From positions 1 to 42,407 of the forward strand of contig CALRGA010000001.1 of NCBI GenBank assembly GCA_943357025.1: DNA of 42,407 bases, read 5' to 3'. The position numbers and the translations under genes were made by a program. Under the pieces are notes generated by a model. The model had not been told where the DNA came from and searched no databases. It saw only the letters and a list, made by a program, of their open reading frames with translations. Every line of letters starts with the position of its first letter. Position 1 is the first letter of the stretch. The stretch comes from Candidatus Uhrbacteria bacterium RIFOXYB12_FULL_58_10 (GTDB lineage Bacteria; Patescibacteriota; Patescibacteriia; UBA9934; GWF2-40-263). This document shows, in pieces, positions 1-9,116 of the stretch.

Positions 1-1747
1 GCAGGCCGCCGAGCGCGTCCACTCCGAGGCCGAAGCCCACGACGATCGGAGCGAAGACGGCGAGGAGGCTCGGGGCGATCATCTTGCGGATGGCTTCCTT
101 CGTGACGATGTCTACCGCGCGGCCGTAGTCGGGCTTTCCCGTTCCGTCCATGATGCCCGGGATTTCCTTGAACTGGCGGCGCACTTCCTCTACCACGCAA
201 CCGGCCGCCTCGCCCACGGCCTGCATGGCCATGGCGCCAAAAAGATAGGTGACGAGGCCTCCGAGGAACAGGCCGGCGATGACGTTCGGGTTCGAGAGGC
301 CGAAGTCCATCTTGCCTCCTGCCGCGGTGACCGTGTGCACGAAGTCCCCGAAGAGGACGAGCGTGGCGAGGCCGGCCGAGCCGATGGCGTACGCCTTGGT
401 GACGGCCTTCGTGGTGTTGCCGACCGCGTCGAGCGGATCGGTGACGGCGCGGACGGATTCCGGAAGGCCGGACATCTCGGCGATGCCGCCGGCGTTGTCG
501 GTGATCGGGCCGTAGGCGTCAATCGCCACGATGATTCCGGTCAGCGAGAGCATGGACATGGCCGCGATGGCGATGCCGTACAGCCCGCCGAGCGCGTGCG
601 CGGCCAGGATGCCGACCACGATGGTGAGCACCGGGAGAGCGGTCGACTTCATGGAGAGCGCGATGCCCGCGATGATGTTCGTGCCGTGTCCGGTGACGCT
701 TGCCTCGGCCAGCTTGCGGACCGGGCTGAACTGCGTGCCGGTGTAGTACTCCGTGATCACGATCATGAGGCCCGTGATGGCGAGGCCGAGCAGCGAGCAG
801 AGGAAGATGCTGGAAACGTCGAGTCCGGCCGCGTCCACGAGCATCTTGTTCGTGACGAACCAGAAGCCGATGGCGGCGAAGACTCCGGCGGCGGCGAGGC
901 CCTTGTAGAGCGCGCCCATGATGTTGCCCGACTTTCCAAGCTTGAAGAACATGCTGCCGAGGATCGACGCAACGATGGCGACGGATCCGAGGGCGAGCGG
1001 ATAGAGGAGGACGTTCATGTTGCCCGGGAACAGCAGGTTGCCGAGGATCATTGCCGCGACCGTGGTCACGGCGTACGTCTCGAACAGGTCGGCCGCCATG
1101 CCGGCGCAGTCGCCTACGTTGTCGCCGACGTTGTCGGCGATCACGGCCGGGTTGCGCGGATCATCTTCCGGAATGTTCGCTTCCATCTTTCCCACGAGGT
1201 CGGCGCCCACGTCGGCCGCCTTCGTGAAGATGCCGCCGCCAAGGCGGGCGAACACAGAGATGAGCGACCCTCCGAATCCAAGGCTGATGAGGCCGTGGAC
1301 GGAACCGGTCGCCGCGTAGAATCCAGCCACGGAAAGGAGGCCGAGCCCGACCACGAAGAGTCCGGTCACGGAGCCGCCCTTGACGGCGACGTCGAGCGCC
1401 TTCTCAAGCCCTGACTTCGCGGCCTCCGCGGTACGCACGTTCGCGCGGACGGAAACCGACATGCCGATGAACCCGGCAAGGCCGGAGCAAATTGCTCCCA
1501 CCGCGAACCCCGCGGCAATTTCCCAGTCGAGCACGGCGCCAAGGATGACGAAGACGATCCCGCCGATCATCGCGACCATCTTGTTCTGCCGCGCCATGTA
1601 CGCGTTGGCTCCCTCCTGGATGGCGAGCGAGATGCCGATCATCTTCCCGTCGCCGGCCGGCTGCCTCAAAATCCACTTCGTCAGATACGTCCCGTATGCA
1701 AGAGCGAGCACCGCCGCCCCGATCGCGTAAGAAAGGATTGGATTCAT
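1..1747 (-). CDS. hppA: Membrane-bound proton-translocating inorganic pyrophosphatase (H+-PPase); the 3' end runs off the window
   Basis: Absent from the ORF track because there is no stop in the window. Reverse translation from the ATG at 1747 gives [19 protein letters not shown]... It carries diagnostic motifs [81 protein letters not shown] and [14 protein letters not shown]. The frame is open to position 1. Confidence 0.93.
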   Translation of the reverse strand, partial: MNPILSYAIGAAVLALAYGTYLTKWILRQPAGDGKMIGISLAIQEGANAYMARQNKMVAMIGGIVFVILGAVLDWEIAAGFAVGAICSGLAGFIGMSVSVRANVRTAEAAKSGLEKALDVAVKGGSVTGLFVVGLGLLSVAGFYAATGSVHGLISLGFGGSLISVFARLGGGIFTKAADVGADLVGKMEANIPEDDPRNPAVIADNVGDNVGDCAGMAADLFETYAVTTVAAMILGNLLFPGNMNVLLYPLALGSVAIVASILGSMFFKLGKSGNIMGALYKGLAAAGVFAAIGFWFVTNKMLVDAAGLDVSSIFLCSLLGLAITGLMIVITEYYTGTQFSPVRKLAEASVTGHGTNIIAGIALSMKSTALPVLTIVVGILAAHALGGLYGIAIAAMSMLSLTGIIVAIDAYGPITDNAGGIAEMSGLPESVRAVTDPLDAVGNTTKAVTKAYAIGSAGLATLVLFGDFVHTVTAAGGKMDFGLSNPNVIAGLFLGGLVTYLFGAMAMQAVGEAAGCVVEEVRRQFKEIPGIMDGTGKPDYGRAVDIVTKEAIRKMIAPSLLAVFAPIVVGFGLGVDALGGL

Positions 1748-1756
1748 AGTGCCGGT

Positions 1757-1785
1757 ATGCTAGCAAAAAAAGGGATAACGGTCAA
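1757..1785 (-). promoter_or_regulatory. Predicted sigma70-type promoter of hppA (leaderless layout)
   Basis: On the minus strand: TTGACC (1785-1780), 17-nt spacer, TAGCAT (1762-1757), then 9 nt to the ATG at 1747. Confidence 0.5.
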
Positions 1786-1863
1786 TTGGATGGGATTTAC
1801 GCGCGTGTTTGACAAAACTGGTTTTGAGGCGTATTATTTTCTCACTATGGCTTCGGCCTCCGA

Positions 1864-1885
1864 GGCCCCGACGAGTGTCGGGGCC
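1864..1885 (-). terminator. GC-rich stem-loop 8 nt downstream of the MazF-like stop (possible terminator)
   Basis: GGCCCCGAC-gagt-GTCGGGGCC forms a perfect 9-bp stem. The U-tail is weak on the minus strand and T-rich on the plus side. Confidence 0.4.
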
Positions 1886-1892
1886 GTTCTGT

Positions 1893-2279
1893 TTAAAGGA
1901 ATGCCTGGATTGATTTTTTTACGAGGAGAAACTGATCTTCCGGAAGAATGCCGACCTTTCGCAAAAGACGCTTATTGCTGATGACGCGGATTTGCGTGAG
2001 GGCAATCCAGTTTTCGGTCGATCCGACAAGGACTCGCATGTAAAAAGATTCGCGTCGTTCCTTTCCGGTCATCGGCGCAACAAGTAGCATATCCTTGTTA
2101 TATGCGCGCAAAATCAGAACGGGACGCTCGAAGTTCTCATTCTTTCCATCGATTTCCGAACCGACGTTCGCTCCGAGCGCACACCACCAAACGTCACGCT
2201 TATGCGCATACGTGGCGTCCACGCGATTGTGAAGCCGTTTCTTCAGGCCGATCCATCTGTCGAAATCTTTCTCATGCAT
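1893..2279 (-). CDS. PemK/MazF-family toxin-like protein (about 128 aa), solitary
   Basis: The C-terminal 128 aa of track ORF 1893..2696 read MHEKDFDRWIGLKKRLHNRVDATYAHKRDVWWCALGANVGSEIDGKNENFERPVLILRAY...LTQIRVISNKRLL. The W-x-x-LG-x-N-x-G-x-E-x-DG...RPVLIL pattern is typical of PemK/MazF. Upstream codons of the long ORF have low GC3 and overlap a hairpin, so I chose the ATG at 2279. Confidence 0.8.
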   Translation of the reverse strand: MHEKDFDRWIGLKKRLHNRVDATYAHKRDVWWCALGANVGSEIDGKNENFERPVLILRAYNKDMLLVAPMTGKERRESFYMRVLVGSTENWIALTQIRVISNKRLLRKVGILPEDQFLLVKKSIQAFL

Positions 2280-2312
2280 ACGATTGGTGCCAAAATGAGT
2301 TAAAACGAAAAT

Positions 2313-2337
2313 CCCCGCTGAAAAAATTTCAGTGGGG
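2313..2337 (-). promoter_or_regulatory. Terminator-like hairpin inside the 5' leader of the MazF-like gene (possible attenuator)
   Basis: On the minus strand CCCCACUGAAA-uuu-UUUCAGCGGGG (one G-U pair) is followed by AUUUUCGUUUUA. It lies 34 nt upstream of the ATG at 2279 and downstream of the predicted promoter. Confidence 0.45.
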
Positions 2338-2352
2338 ACATTTCTTATCATC

Positions 2353-2381
2353 ATTTCATCAGGAAAATCCGGTTCTGTCAA
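2353..2381 (-). promoter_or_regulatory. Predicted promoter of the MazF-like gene
   Basis: On the minus strand: TTGACA (2381-2376), 17 nt, TGAAAT (2358-2353). Confidence 0.4.
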
Positions 2382-2390
2382 CGGGTTTGG

Positions 2391-2399
2391 TGTGGATAA
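2391..2399. promoter_or_regulatory. Exact DnaA-box 9-mer in a divergent promoter region
   Basis: TGTGGATAA is the reverse complement of TTATCCACA. It lies between the MazF-like promoter and the TATAAT box of the 2428 gene. Confidence 0.5.
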
Positions 2400-2427
2400 C
2401 GGATGAAACGATGTATAATCTTCTCGT

Positions 2428-3855
2428 ATGAAAGAATCCCGCGGACCGGTATCCGAATTTTTGGCAACGACGAGGGGAAAGATCCTTGCGCTTACGGCGG
2501 GGCTGGCCGTCGCGGGGGTGGCGATCGAGCATGAGACGAGGCCGGTGGCGGCGCGGACGGTGGAGGCGGCTCGGTCGGAACCGCTGTCGCCGCACGAGGC
2601 GCGGATGGAGGCGCTAAAACGGTCTGACACGGGGCGGACGATCGAGACGCCGGAGCAAATTGCCGCGCGGTTCGCGGTAATAGACCCGCTCATCAACCTG
2701 GCGTATTACAAAGACAACTCGAAGACGATGATCATCCAAATCGATCGGTACCTTGGCGTACTCCTCTTTGATCCGCTGACGGAGAAGGACGCGGAGTACG
2801 CGAGGATGAGCCTGGAGGAAGTCGGCGAGTGTCTGCGGCCGATCATCGAGCGCGGCAAGAAAAAAGAGGCCGACGAGGCGCGTCGGATTTTGAAAGGACG
2901 GCTGCACGAGGAGCTGATCGAGACGATACGGCGCATGGATTCCGACGAGGTGGTCGATTCGCGCGTCTTTTTGGGACTGACCGTCCAGGGGCCTCGCTCG
3001 GCATCGTTCGACGACATTCGTGGCGCATGGAAGGATAAGATGACGCGGAAGTCGACCACGTCGGAGAAGGTGCGGACGTTCGCGCCGGTGGTTCGGGAGC
3101 AGCTTAAGGACAAGGAAGGAAGCCTGACCTTCGCGTCGTGGATCGACCGTCAGCAGGAGGCCATCGACCTGTTCGCGGCGCACGCGGAAGAGCTTGGATA
3201 TTCTCCCGACCTGATCAAGCTGATTACCCCCGAGGCGATGCTCGGGGTCATACACGCCGAGATCTTTCCGGACCTCGACGCCGAGACGTTCGTGCGCCTG
3301 GCCCCCGTCCTCTTTGAGACGTACAACGTCGCCTTCGCGCCGGCCATGGGCGACAAGCGGTTTAGCGGCGGACTGGCGCAGATGACGGCCGAGACGTTCG
3401 AGGGAATTTTGAAGAAGCACCGTGTCGCGCTGGAAAAGATCCGCGACACGGATACCGGCGCGACGTTCACCGTCCCGACCGCGGGAAACCGCAAGGAGTT
3501 CGCTTCCTCCATGCTCACCGACGCCAACTCGCAGTTCTTCTACAACGTGTTCGTCCTCGCCGAGAATACGCGCCTGGCGACGCGTGGCGTTTCGAAGGAC
3601 AAGCGGTTCGTTGCCGCGTGGAAGAAGGCGTCCGAGGACGAACGGGCTTTGTATATGGGCGCGCTGATTTCGATGGCGAACAATCTTCCGTCGGCGGCGA
3701 AGCATTCCGCCGAGACTTCTCTTGACGAGCATCCTCGCTCGATCGCGGAGATGGCGCGCAGTTTGTCGGGGAATACGACGGTTGATACGGCGGCACGGAA
3801 TGGTCGGGTTGGAGGGGCGACCGCGGAGTATTTGGTGGAAATGGGGAAAAAATAA
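2428..3855 (+). CDS. Hypothetical membrane-anchored protein (475 aa), no family recognised
   Basis: Long ORF with high GC3 and an N-terminal TM segment ILALTAGLAVAGVAI. TATAAT (2414-2419) lies 8 nt upstream of the ATG. A terminator hairpin follows the stop. Confidence 0.8.
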   Translation: MKESRGPVSEFLATTRGKILALTAGLAVAGVAIEHETRPVAARTVEAARSEPLSPHEARMEALKRSDTGRTIETPEQIAARFAVIDPLINLAYYKDNSKTMIIQIDRYLGVLLFDPLTEKDAEYARMSLEEVGECLRPIIERGKKKEADEARRILKGRLHEELIETIRRMDSDEVVDSRVFLGLTVQGPRSASFDDIRGAWKDKMTRKSTTSEKVRTFAPVVREQLKDKEGSLTFASWIDRQQEAIDLFAAHAEELGYSPDLIKLITPEAMLGVIHAEIFPDLDAETFVRLAPVLFETYNVAFAPAMGDKRFSGGLAQMTAETFEGILKKHRVALEKIRDTDTGATFTVPTAGNRKEFASSMLTDANSQFFYNVFVLAENTRLATRGVSKDKRFVAAWKKASEDERALYMGALISMANNLPSAAKHSAETSLDEHPRSIAEMARSLSGNTTVDTAARNGRVGGATAEYLVEMGKK

Positions 3856-3860
3856 GATTT

Positions 3861-3885
3861 CCCGCCTAAGCCTAGCTTAGGCGGG
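3861..3885 (+). terminator. Intrinsic terminator-like hairpin
   Basis: CCCGCCTAAGC-cta-GCTTAGGCGGG forms an 11-bp perfect stem 6 nt after the stop. The T tail (aatttcg) is short. Confidence 0.6.
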
Positions 3886-3911
3886 AATTTCGTCGACTCG
3901 GGTTCGGGTGT

Positions 3912-4526
3912 ATGATTCACCATATGGTCGCAAATCCTACCTTCCAATTCGAGCGAGACCTTCTATCCCAAGGATTCGCCATGATCGTGGGCGTCGACGA
4001 GGCGGGATCGGGATCGCTTGCCGGCCCTCTTGTCGCTGGCGCGGCGGTCGTGTCCGTCGACTCTCGGATGGCCGGGCTACGGGATTCGAAGCTGATGACG
4101 CCGGCCGCTCGCGAAGAGATGTACGCGGAGATCGTCGAGGGCGCGACCGCCTGGGCCGTCGGGTCCGTGTCGGTGGAGGAGATCGCGGCGCTGGGGCTGC
4201 GTCCGGCGAACTTGCTGGCGATGAGGCGGGCCGTCGAGGGAATCGCCGGGGCCGACTATGCGCTCGTGGACGCGTGGACGATTCCGGGGCTGGCGATTCC
4301 GCAGCGCGGGATCGTGCATGGCGACCGGCTGGTGAAGTCGATCGCGGCCGCGTCGATCGTCGCGAAGGTGACGAGGGACCGGATGATGGTGGAATTGTCG
4401 AAGCGATTTCCCGAGTACGGGTTCGAGGTCCACAAGGGATATGCAACGAAAGCGCATCTCGCAGCGATAGGGTTACATGGGCCCTGCGAGATTCATCGGA
4501 TGGGGTATAAGACATTTCGCGTATGA
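3912..4526 (+). CDS. rnhB: Ribonuclease HII
   Basis: Motifs GVDEAGSGSLAGPLVAGAAVV, DSKLMTPAAREE, HGDRLVKSIAAASIVAKVTRDRMM and GFEVHKGYATKAHLAAI...HRMGYKTF. Confidence 0.92.
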   Translation: MIHHMVANPTFQFERDLLSQGFAMIVGVDEAGSGSLAGPLVAGAAVVSVDSRMAGLRDSKLMTPAAREEMYAEIVEGATAWAVGSVSVEEIAALGLRPANLLAMRRAVEGIAGADYALVDAWTIPGLAIPQRGIVHGDRLVKSIAAASIVAKVTRDRMMVELSKRFPEYGFEVHKGYATKAHLAAIGLHGPCEIHRMGYKTFRV

Positions 4527-4870
4527 TCGACCTTGAAAACATCCGCCCATGGGGCCGGTATGACATTCTGGACGAAGGGCCGACCTTCAAGGCGAAACGG
4601 ATCACCGTCAATCCTTCCGGGCGACTGTCCTACCAGCGCCATCGCCGACGCGCCGAGCACTGGATCGTCATCGAGGGCGAGGCGACCGTGACGCTCGACG
4701 ACGAGATTCTTGTCCGCGTGGCCGGCGAGACGGTCGTGATTCCCGTCCTGGCCAAGCATCGCGTCGAAAATCGCGGAACCGTCCCCCTCGTCTTCATCGA
4801 AGTGCAGGTTGGCGACTACTTCGGGGAGGATGATATCGAGCGGTTTTCTGACGACTACGGAAGGGTGTAA
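4523..4870 (+). CDS. Cupin-domain protein, type II phosphomannose isomerase-like
   Basis: RPWGRYDIL...KRITVNPSGRLSYQRHRRRAEHWIVIEGEATV...IPVLAKHRVENRG. ATGA start/stop overlap with rnhB. Confidence 0.85.
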   Translation: MIDLENIRPWGRYDILDEGPTFKAKRITVNPSGRLSYQRHRRRAEHWIVIEGEATVTLDDEILVRVAGETVVIPVLAKHRVENRGTVPLVFIEVQVGDYFGEDDIERFSDDYGRV

Positions 4871-4920
4871 ATCCATTATTAAAAATTAGCCAATCTTAGC
4901 GGATTATCAACTGAAATTGA

Positions 4921-4949
4921 TTGACAAAATACGAGTTTCGTGGTAATCT
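4921..4949 (+). promoter_or_regulatory. Predicted sigma70-type promoter of the LysM/M23 gene (leadered)
   Basis: TTGACA (4921-4926), 17 nt, TAATCT (4944-4949). The leader is about 60 nt and carries an AAGGA Shine-Dalgarno sequence before the ATG at 5018. Confidence 0.6.
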
Positions 4950-5017
4950 GCGCGGGTCGTTAATTCTCGAAGAGGTGCGCCCATATCGCATTCGGGATCA
5001 AACAACTTTTCGTAAGG

Positions 5018-6364
5018 ATGCTGCTTTCCGCCCTTCGCGGTCTGATTCTGGTAAAGCGCCACGCGGGCACCGTTGTCCGTCCGTTCGCCAAGCCTGCTCT
5101 GGCCATGGGGCGGTTTTTGGTTCGCTGGGTTGGAATCCCTGGATATCGCGTCGTCTTTTATATTCAGCGCCAGGTGGCGAAACTGATCGGTCCGGCGAAG
5201 CACAGGATGCTGTACCTCGTTTCCAACAAGTACGCGGTGCACGCGGCCGTGGTCGCCATCGCGGCCATCGCCTCCTCTGCCAACCTTTCGCAGACGTCGG
5301 TGCGCGCCGAGACGTTCGGTTCGCAGTCGATGCTGTACGCGCTTGTCGCCGGCGACGCGGCATCCTCCGTCGAGGTCGTTTCCGCGGCATCGGCCGGAAC
5401 GCGCGACGTACAGCCGTCCTCGTACATGGACGACGACGCGATCGACGCGAACTCCCACATCGACTTCGCCGACGACGGCGAAAGCTACGCCACCACGAGC
5501 GTCGGAAGCGCCGTCGCCTCGCCGACCCTCTCGCAGGGCACCGCCTCGGTCGCGGCCCGCGAGAAGACGGAGAACTACGTCGTCGAGGAAGGCGACACGC
5601 TCGGGGCCATCTCGGACAAGTTCGGCCTTAACCTGAGCACGGTGCTCTGGGCGAACGGACTTACCTTCCGCAGTACGATTAACAAAGGGCTCTCGCTTTC
5701 GATCCCGCCGGTCGACGGCGTGATGTACACGGTGAAGAAGGGCGACACGCTAAACAAGATCGCGCTTGGCTACGGCGTTGAAACCGAGAAGATCATCGCG
5801 ACAAACAAGCTCGCGAGCGCCGACGACCTTCGCGTGGGCGACGACCTCCTTCTTCCGGGTGCCGAGCCTCCGGCGCCTGCCGTGCGAAAGAAGACGGCGC
5901 CCCTCGCCTCGCTGTTTACCGACAAGAGTTCCGGATCGTCCTCGACCGCCGGCGGCGGAAGCAAGTGGACGCCGTTCGTGGCGCCGAAGGGCGACGGCGA
6001 CGTCTCCGGAACGTGGGTGTGGCCGACGACCTGGCATGTGATCACCCAGAAGTACGGCTGGAAGCATACGGGCATCGACCTCGACGGCGATTACAACACG
6101 CAGAGCTACGCGGCGTCCGACGGCGTGGTCATCTTCTCCGGCTGGCGCAACGGCTACGGCAACACTGTGGAGATCAACCACGGCAACGGCGTGGTAACGC
6201 GCTACGGCCATCACTCGAAGATGTTCGTGAAGGAGGGCGACGTCGTAAAGGCCGGCCAGACGATCGCGCAGACCGGCTCGACCGGCCGCTCGACCGGAAC
6301 GCACCTCCACTTCGAGGTGATCGTGAACGGAAAATTCCAGAACCCGCTGAACTACGTGCGATAA
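5018..6364 (+). CDS. LysM-repeat M23-family peptidoglycan endopeptidase
   Basis: N-terminal TM segment. Two LysM repeats (YVVEEGDTLGAISDKFGL, YTVKKGDTLNKIALGYGV). M23 core HTGIDLDG...GYGNTVEINHGNGVVTRYGH...GSTGRSTGTHLHFEV. Confidence 0.92.
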   Translation: MLLSALRGLILVKRHAGTVVRPFAKPALAMGRFLVRWVGIPGYRVVFYIQRQVAKLIGPAKHRMLYLVSNKYAVHAAVVAIAAIASSANLSQTSVRAETFGSQSMLYALVAGDAASSVEVVSAASAGTRDVQPSSYMDDDAIDANSHIDFADDGESYATTSVGSAVASPTLSQGTASVAAREKTENYVVEEGDTLGAISDKFGLNLSTVLWANGLTFRSTINKGLSLSIPPVDGVMYTVKKGDTLNKIALGYGVETEKIIATNKLASADDLRVGDDLLLPGAEPPAPAVRKKTAPLASLFTDKSSGSSSTAGGGSKWTPFVAPKGDGDVSGTWVWPTTWHVITQKYGWKHTGIDLDGDYNTQSYAASDGVVIFSGWRNGYGNTVEINHGNGVVTRYGHHSKMFVKEGDVVKAGQTIAQTGSTGRSTGTHLHFEVIVNGKFQNPLNYVR

Positions 6365-6370
6365 AAAAAA

Positions 6371-6400
6371 CCGGTCCGATGTTTATCGGACCGGTTTTTT
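6371..6400 (+). terminator. Rho-independent terminator
   Basis: CCGGTCCGAT-gttt-ATCGGACCGG followed by TTTTTT. Confidence 0.85.
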
Positions 6401-6417
6401 GATATACTGTATCCGTT

Positions 6418-6798
6418 ATGCAAACCACCTGTTCTTCCTGCAAGGTTAATGTCGACGCGCTGAAGGCGAACTGCGCGGCGTGCGGTCTCACGCTTACGCT
6501 TGAGCCGGACGAGGCGAGGCGCGCGCGTTCGCTGCGGATGCCGTCGCTCGGGGCGTTGCTGTTTACGCAGGGATGGACGCTTGGCGCGAGGACGTACCTG
6601 TTGTTTCTTTTGTCGCTCATCCCCATCGTCGGCATCGGCGTTCTGATCGTTTCCGTCATCTTCGGTCGCCGAATGTCATGGAAGCACGGCGAGTGGACGA
6701 GCTGGGAGGCGTTCGAGGAACGGATGAGGACGCTCGACCTAATTGCGATCGCTTGGATCGGAATGCTCGGCGCCATCTGGCTCCTTTTGCGGAAATAG
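6418..6798 (+). CDS. Small zinc-ribbon membrane protein (126 aa)
   Basis: CSSCKVNV...CAACG zinc ribbon followed by 2-3 hydrophobic helices. TATACT (6403-6408) lies 9 nt before the ATG. Confidence 0.7.
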   Translation: MQTTCSSCKVNVDALKANCAACGLTLTLEPDEARRARSLRMPSLGALLFTQGWTLGARTYLLFLLSLIPIVGIGVLIVSVIFGRRMSWKHGEWTSWEAFEERMRTLDLIAIAWIGMLGAIWLLLRK

Positions 6799-6824
6799 AG
6801 GAGATTTGATAGAGTGTGGCGATT

Positions 6825-7502
6825 ATGATCAACCACCTCGCCATCATTCCGGACGGTAATCGACGCTGGGCCAAGGATCGCGGACTTCCCACGCTCGAGG
6901 GTCACCGCCGCGGGTACGACAAGATCAAGGATATCGGTGGCTGGTGCGTCGACCGCGGGATCCGAAACCTGACCGTCTGGGGATTCTCGACCGAGAACTG
7001 GAAGCGGACGGAAGAGGAGGTCGGCTACCTGATGAATCTTATCTTTCTCGCGCTAACGAAGGAACTCCCCTTTTATAATAAAAAAAAGATTCGCATACGC
7101 GTGATCGGGCTTCGCGACGGACTGCCAAAAAACGTCCTGCGCGCGATTGACGAAGCTGAAGCGGCGACCGTGACGAACGACAAGGGGCAGATAAACATCT
7201 GCGTGAATTACGGCGGCCATGCGGAAATGGTCGCGGCGACGAAAAAGCTGATCGCGGAGGGACGCGCCGCCGACGAGATCACGGAAGAGTCGTTCGCCGC
7301 CGCGACCTGGTTCGCCGGAATCCCGGATGTGGATCTGATCGTACGAACGAGCGGTGAGCAGAGGCTGTCGGGGTTCTTGCCGTGGAACGGCGCGTACGCG
7401 GAGCTGACCTTTCTCAAAAAGCACTTTCCGGATTTCATGGAGGGCGATTTGGATGGGATAATTAAGGAGTTTGGGATGAGACAGCGGAGGTTCGGAAAGT
7501 AA
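6825..7502 (+). CDS. uppS: Undecaprenyl-diphosphate synthase (isoprenyl transferase)
   Basis: HLAIIPDGNRRWAKDRGLP, GHRRGYDK, LTVWGFSTENWKR, RTSGEQRLSGFLPW. The track start is a GTG at 6816. I prefer the ATG at 6825 because TTGCGG-17-TAGAGT ends 9 nt upstream of it. Confidence 0.93.
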   Translation: MINHLAIIPDGNRRWAKDRGLPTLEGHRRGYDKIKDIGGWCVDRGIRNLTVWGFSTENWKRTEEEVGYLMNLIFLALTKELPFYNKKKIRIRVIGLRDGLPKNVLRAIDEAEAATVTNDKGQINICVNYGGHAEMVAATKKLIAEGRAADEITEESFAAATWFAGIPDVDLIVRTSGEQRLSGFLPWNGAYAELTFLKKHFPDFMEGDLDGIIKEFGMRQRRFGK

Positions 7503-7511
7503 TCGTTTCCA

Positions 7512-9029
7512 TTACCCCGTCACTCCCTCCGACAGCCGGTACTGCAGCGCCTCCGCAATATCCATGTCGCGTATCGTTTCCTCTCCCGCCAGGTCCGCGA
7601 TCGTTCGGGCGACTTTGAGGACTCGGCCGTATCCGCGCGGCGACAATGCCTGCGCGTTCAATGCCTGCTCCAGCAATTTTTTCCCTCCTTCATCGGCGCG
7701 ACACCAATCTTTTATCCGTGACGTCGGGATCTCGGAGTTCGTGAACAGCGGCGTTCCCGCGAATCGGTTCGACTGTCTTTTTCGCGCCATTAGGACGCGG
7801 TCTCGGATTTCCGACGAGGCCTCGGAAGGGATGTCAGAGACCAGCGTCGCGGTGTCGAGGTTCGGGACCTCGATCACGAGGTCGAAGCGGTCGAGGAGCG
7901 GGCCGGAGATGCGCTTGCGATAGAGCGCGATCGACTTGGCCGAACAGACGCACGGGCGGCGCGGATCGGTCGCGAAGCCGCATGGGCAAGGGTTCATCGC
8001 GGCGAGAAGTAAAAATCGCGATGGAAACCGCATGGTCGCGGCGGCCCGCGAGACGGTCACTTCCCCGTCTTCGAGCGGTTGGCGCAGATGCTCGAGGACA
8101 TGGCGCGAGAACTCGGGAAGCTCGTCGAGAAACAGCACTCCGCGGTGCGCGAGGCTCACTTCGCCCGGGCGCGGCCAGGCTCCGCCGCCCACGAGCGAGA
8201 CGGCCGAGCACGAGTGGTGCGGCGAACGGAACGGGCGTACGCCAATCAGCCCCTCGCCGCGCGCAAGGATACCGGCGACGGACGCGATTGACGTGGCCTC
8301 GAGCGACTCCTCGCGGGTCAGCGGCGGAAGGATCGAGGGAATTGCGCGGGCAAGGAGGGTCTTTCCCGTACCCGGGGGACCCTTGAGAAGGACGTTGTGC
8401 GCGCCGGACGCGGCGATCTCGAGGCCTCGCTTCGCGTGCATCTGCCCTTTGATATCGCAGAAGTCGATCGGAAATGTCCGTGTCGCCACCGTCTCGTCCG
8501 CGATCGACGGGACGATCTCCGCGATCCCGTCGAGATGATTGACGATCTGCCGAAGCGACGTCGCGCCGAGCACGACGAGGTTCGGCACGACCGCGGCCTC
8601 CTGCGCATTCTCGGCCGGGACGAGAATCGCACCGTAACCTCGCTTGGCGGCCATAAGCGCGGCGGTGAGCACTCCGTTCACGGGACGAAGCGAGCCGTCG
8701 AGGGCAAGTTCCCCGATCATCACGGTCGTTGAAAGCAAATCGGCGCGAACGAATCCCCTCGCGGCAAGCAGCGAAACGGCAATCGGCACGTCGAACATCG
8801 GTCCCTGCTTCTTAATATCGGCCGGCGCGAGGTTTACGATGACGCGGTGACGCGGAAATTCGAAGTTCGAGTTGCGGATCGCCGACTTGATGCGCTCGCG
8901 CGCCTCCTTCACTCCGGTATCCGGAAGGCCGACAACGTTGAAGCACCCCATCCCCTGGGAAACGTCGGTCTCAACGGCGATCGGCTCGGCGGAAATTCCA
9001 ATGATTGCGGCGGAAATGACATGTGGCAT
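7512..9029 (-). CDS. comM: YifB/ComM-family Mg-chelatase-like ATPase
   Basis: Lon-like N-domain, Walker A GPPGTGKTLLA, LFLDELPEF, and the C-terminal ComM helix-turn-helix region ...VLKVARTIADLAG. Confidence 0.93.
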   Translation of the reverse strand: MPHVISAAIIGISAEPIAVETDVSQGMGCFNVVGLPDTGVKEARERIKSAIRNSNFEFPRHRVIVNLAPADIKKQGPMFDVPIAVSLLAARGFVRADLLSTTVMIGELALDGSLRPVNGVLTAALMAAKRGYGAILVPAENAQEAAVVPNLVVLGATSLRQIVNHLDGIAEIVPSIADETVATRTFPIDFCDIKGQMHAKRGLEIAASGAHNVLLKGPPGTGKTLLARAIPSILPPLTREESLEATSIASVAGILARGEGLIGVRPFRSPHHSCSAVSLVGGGAWPRPGEVSLAHRGVLFLDELPEFSRHVLEHLRQPLEDGEVTVSRAAATMRFPSRFLLLAAMNPCPCGFATDPRRPCVCSAKSIALYRKRISGPLLDRFDLVIEVPNLDTATLVSDIPSEASSEIRDRVLMARKRQSNRFAGTPLFTNSEIPTSRIKDWCRADEGGKKLLEQALNAQALSPRGYGRVLKVARTIADLAGEETIRDMDIAEALQYRLSEGVTG

Positions 9030-9069
9030 AAAACAAAAGTCCCCTCGCGTTATTTAACGTGCGGGGACT
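9030..9069 (-). terminator. Intrinsic terminator-like hairpin downstream of lspA, abutting the comM start codon
   Basis: On the minus strand the AGUCCCC...GGGGACU stem (9069-9038) is followed by UUUGUUUU (9037-9030). The comM ATG is at 9029. Confidence 0.5.
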
Positions 9070-9116
9070 TGCTCTTAGCTTCAATCTATCATGCGGAAGG
9101 CTCCGTGTCAATCCTC

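Noticed and set aside
335-1414. Many long ORFs lie antisense to or out of frame with real genes (for example 335-1414, 15531-17246, 24386-25489, 29667-30650, 13050-14102).
   Set aside because: They are Arg/Gly/Pro/His-rich low-complexity translations, typical of shadow frames in GC-rich DNA. Each overlaps a gene with clear family motifs.
1757-1981. A 74-aa plus-strand ORF lies between hppA and the MazF-like gene.
   Set aside because: It covers the hppA promoter and the MazF-side stem-loop, overlaps the 3' end of the MazF-like gene, has poor codon bias and shows no recognisable features.
4950-5017. The leader of the LysM/M23 hydrolase gene could be a cyclic-di-AMP (ydaO-type) riboswitch, which often precedes cell-wall hydrolases.
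   Set aside because: The predicted leader is only about 60 nt, much shorter than that riboswitch, and I saw none of its conserved sequence blocks.
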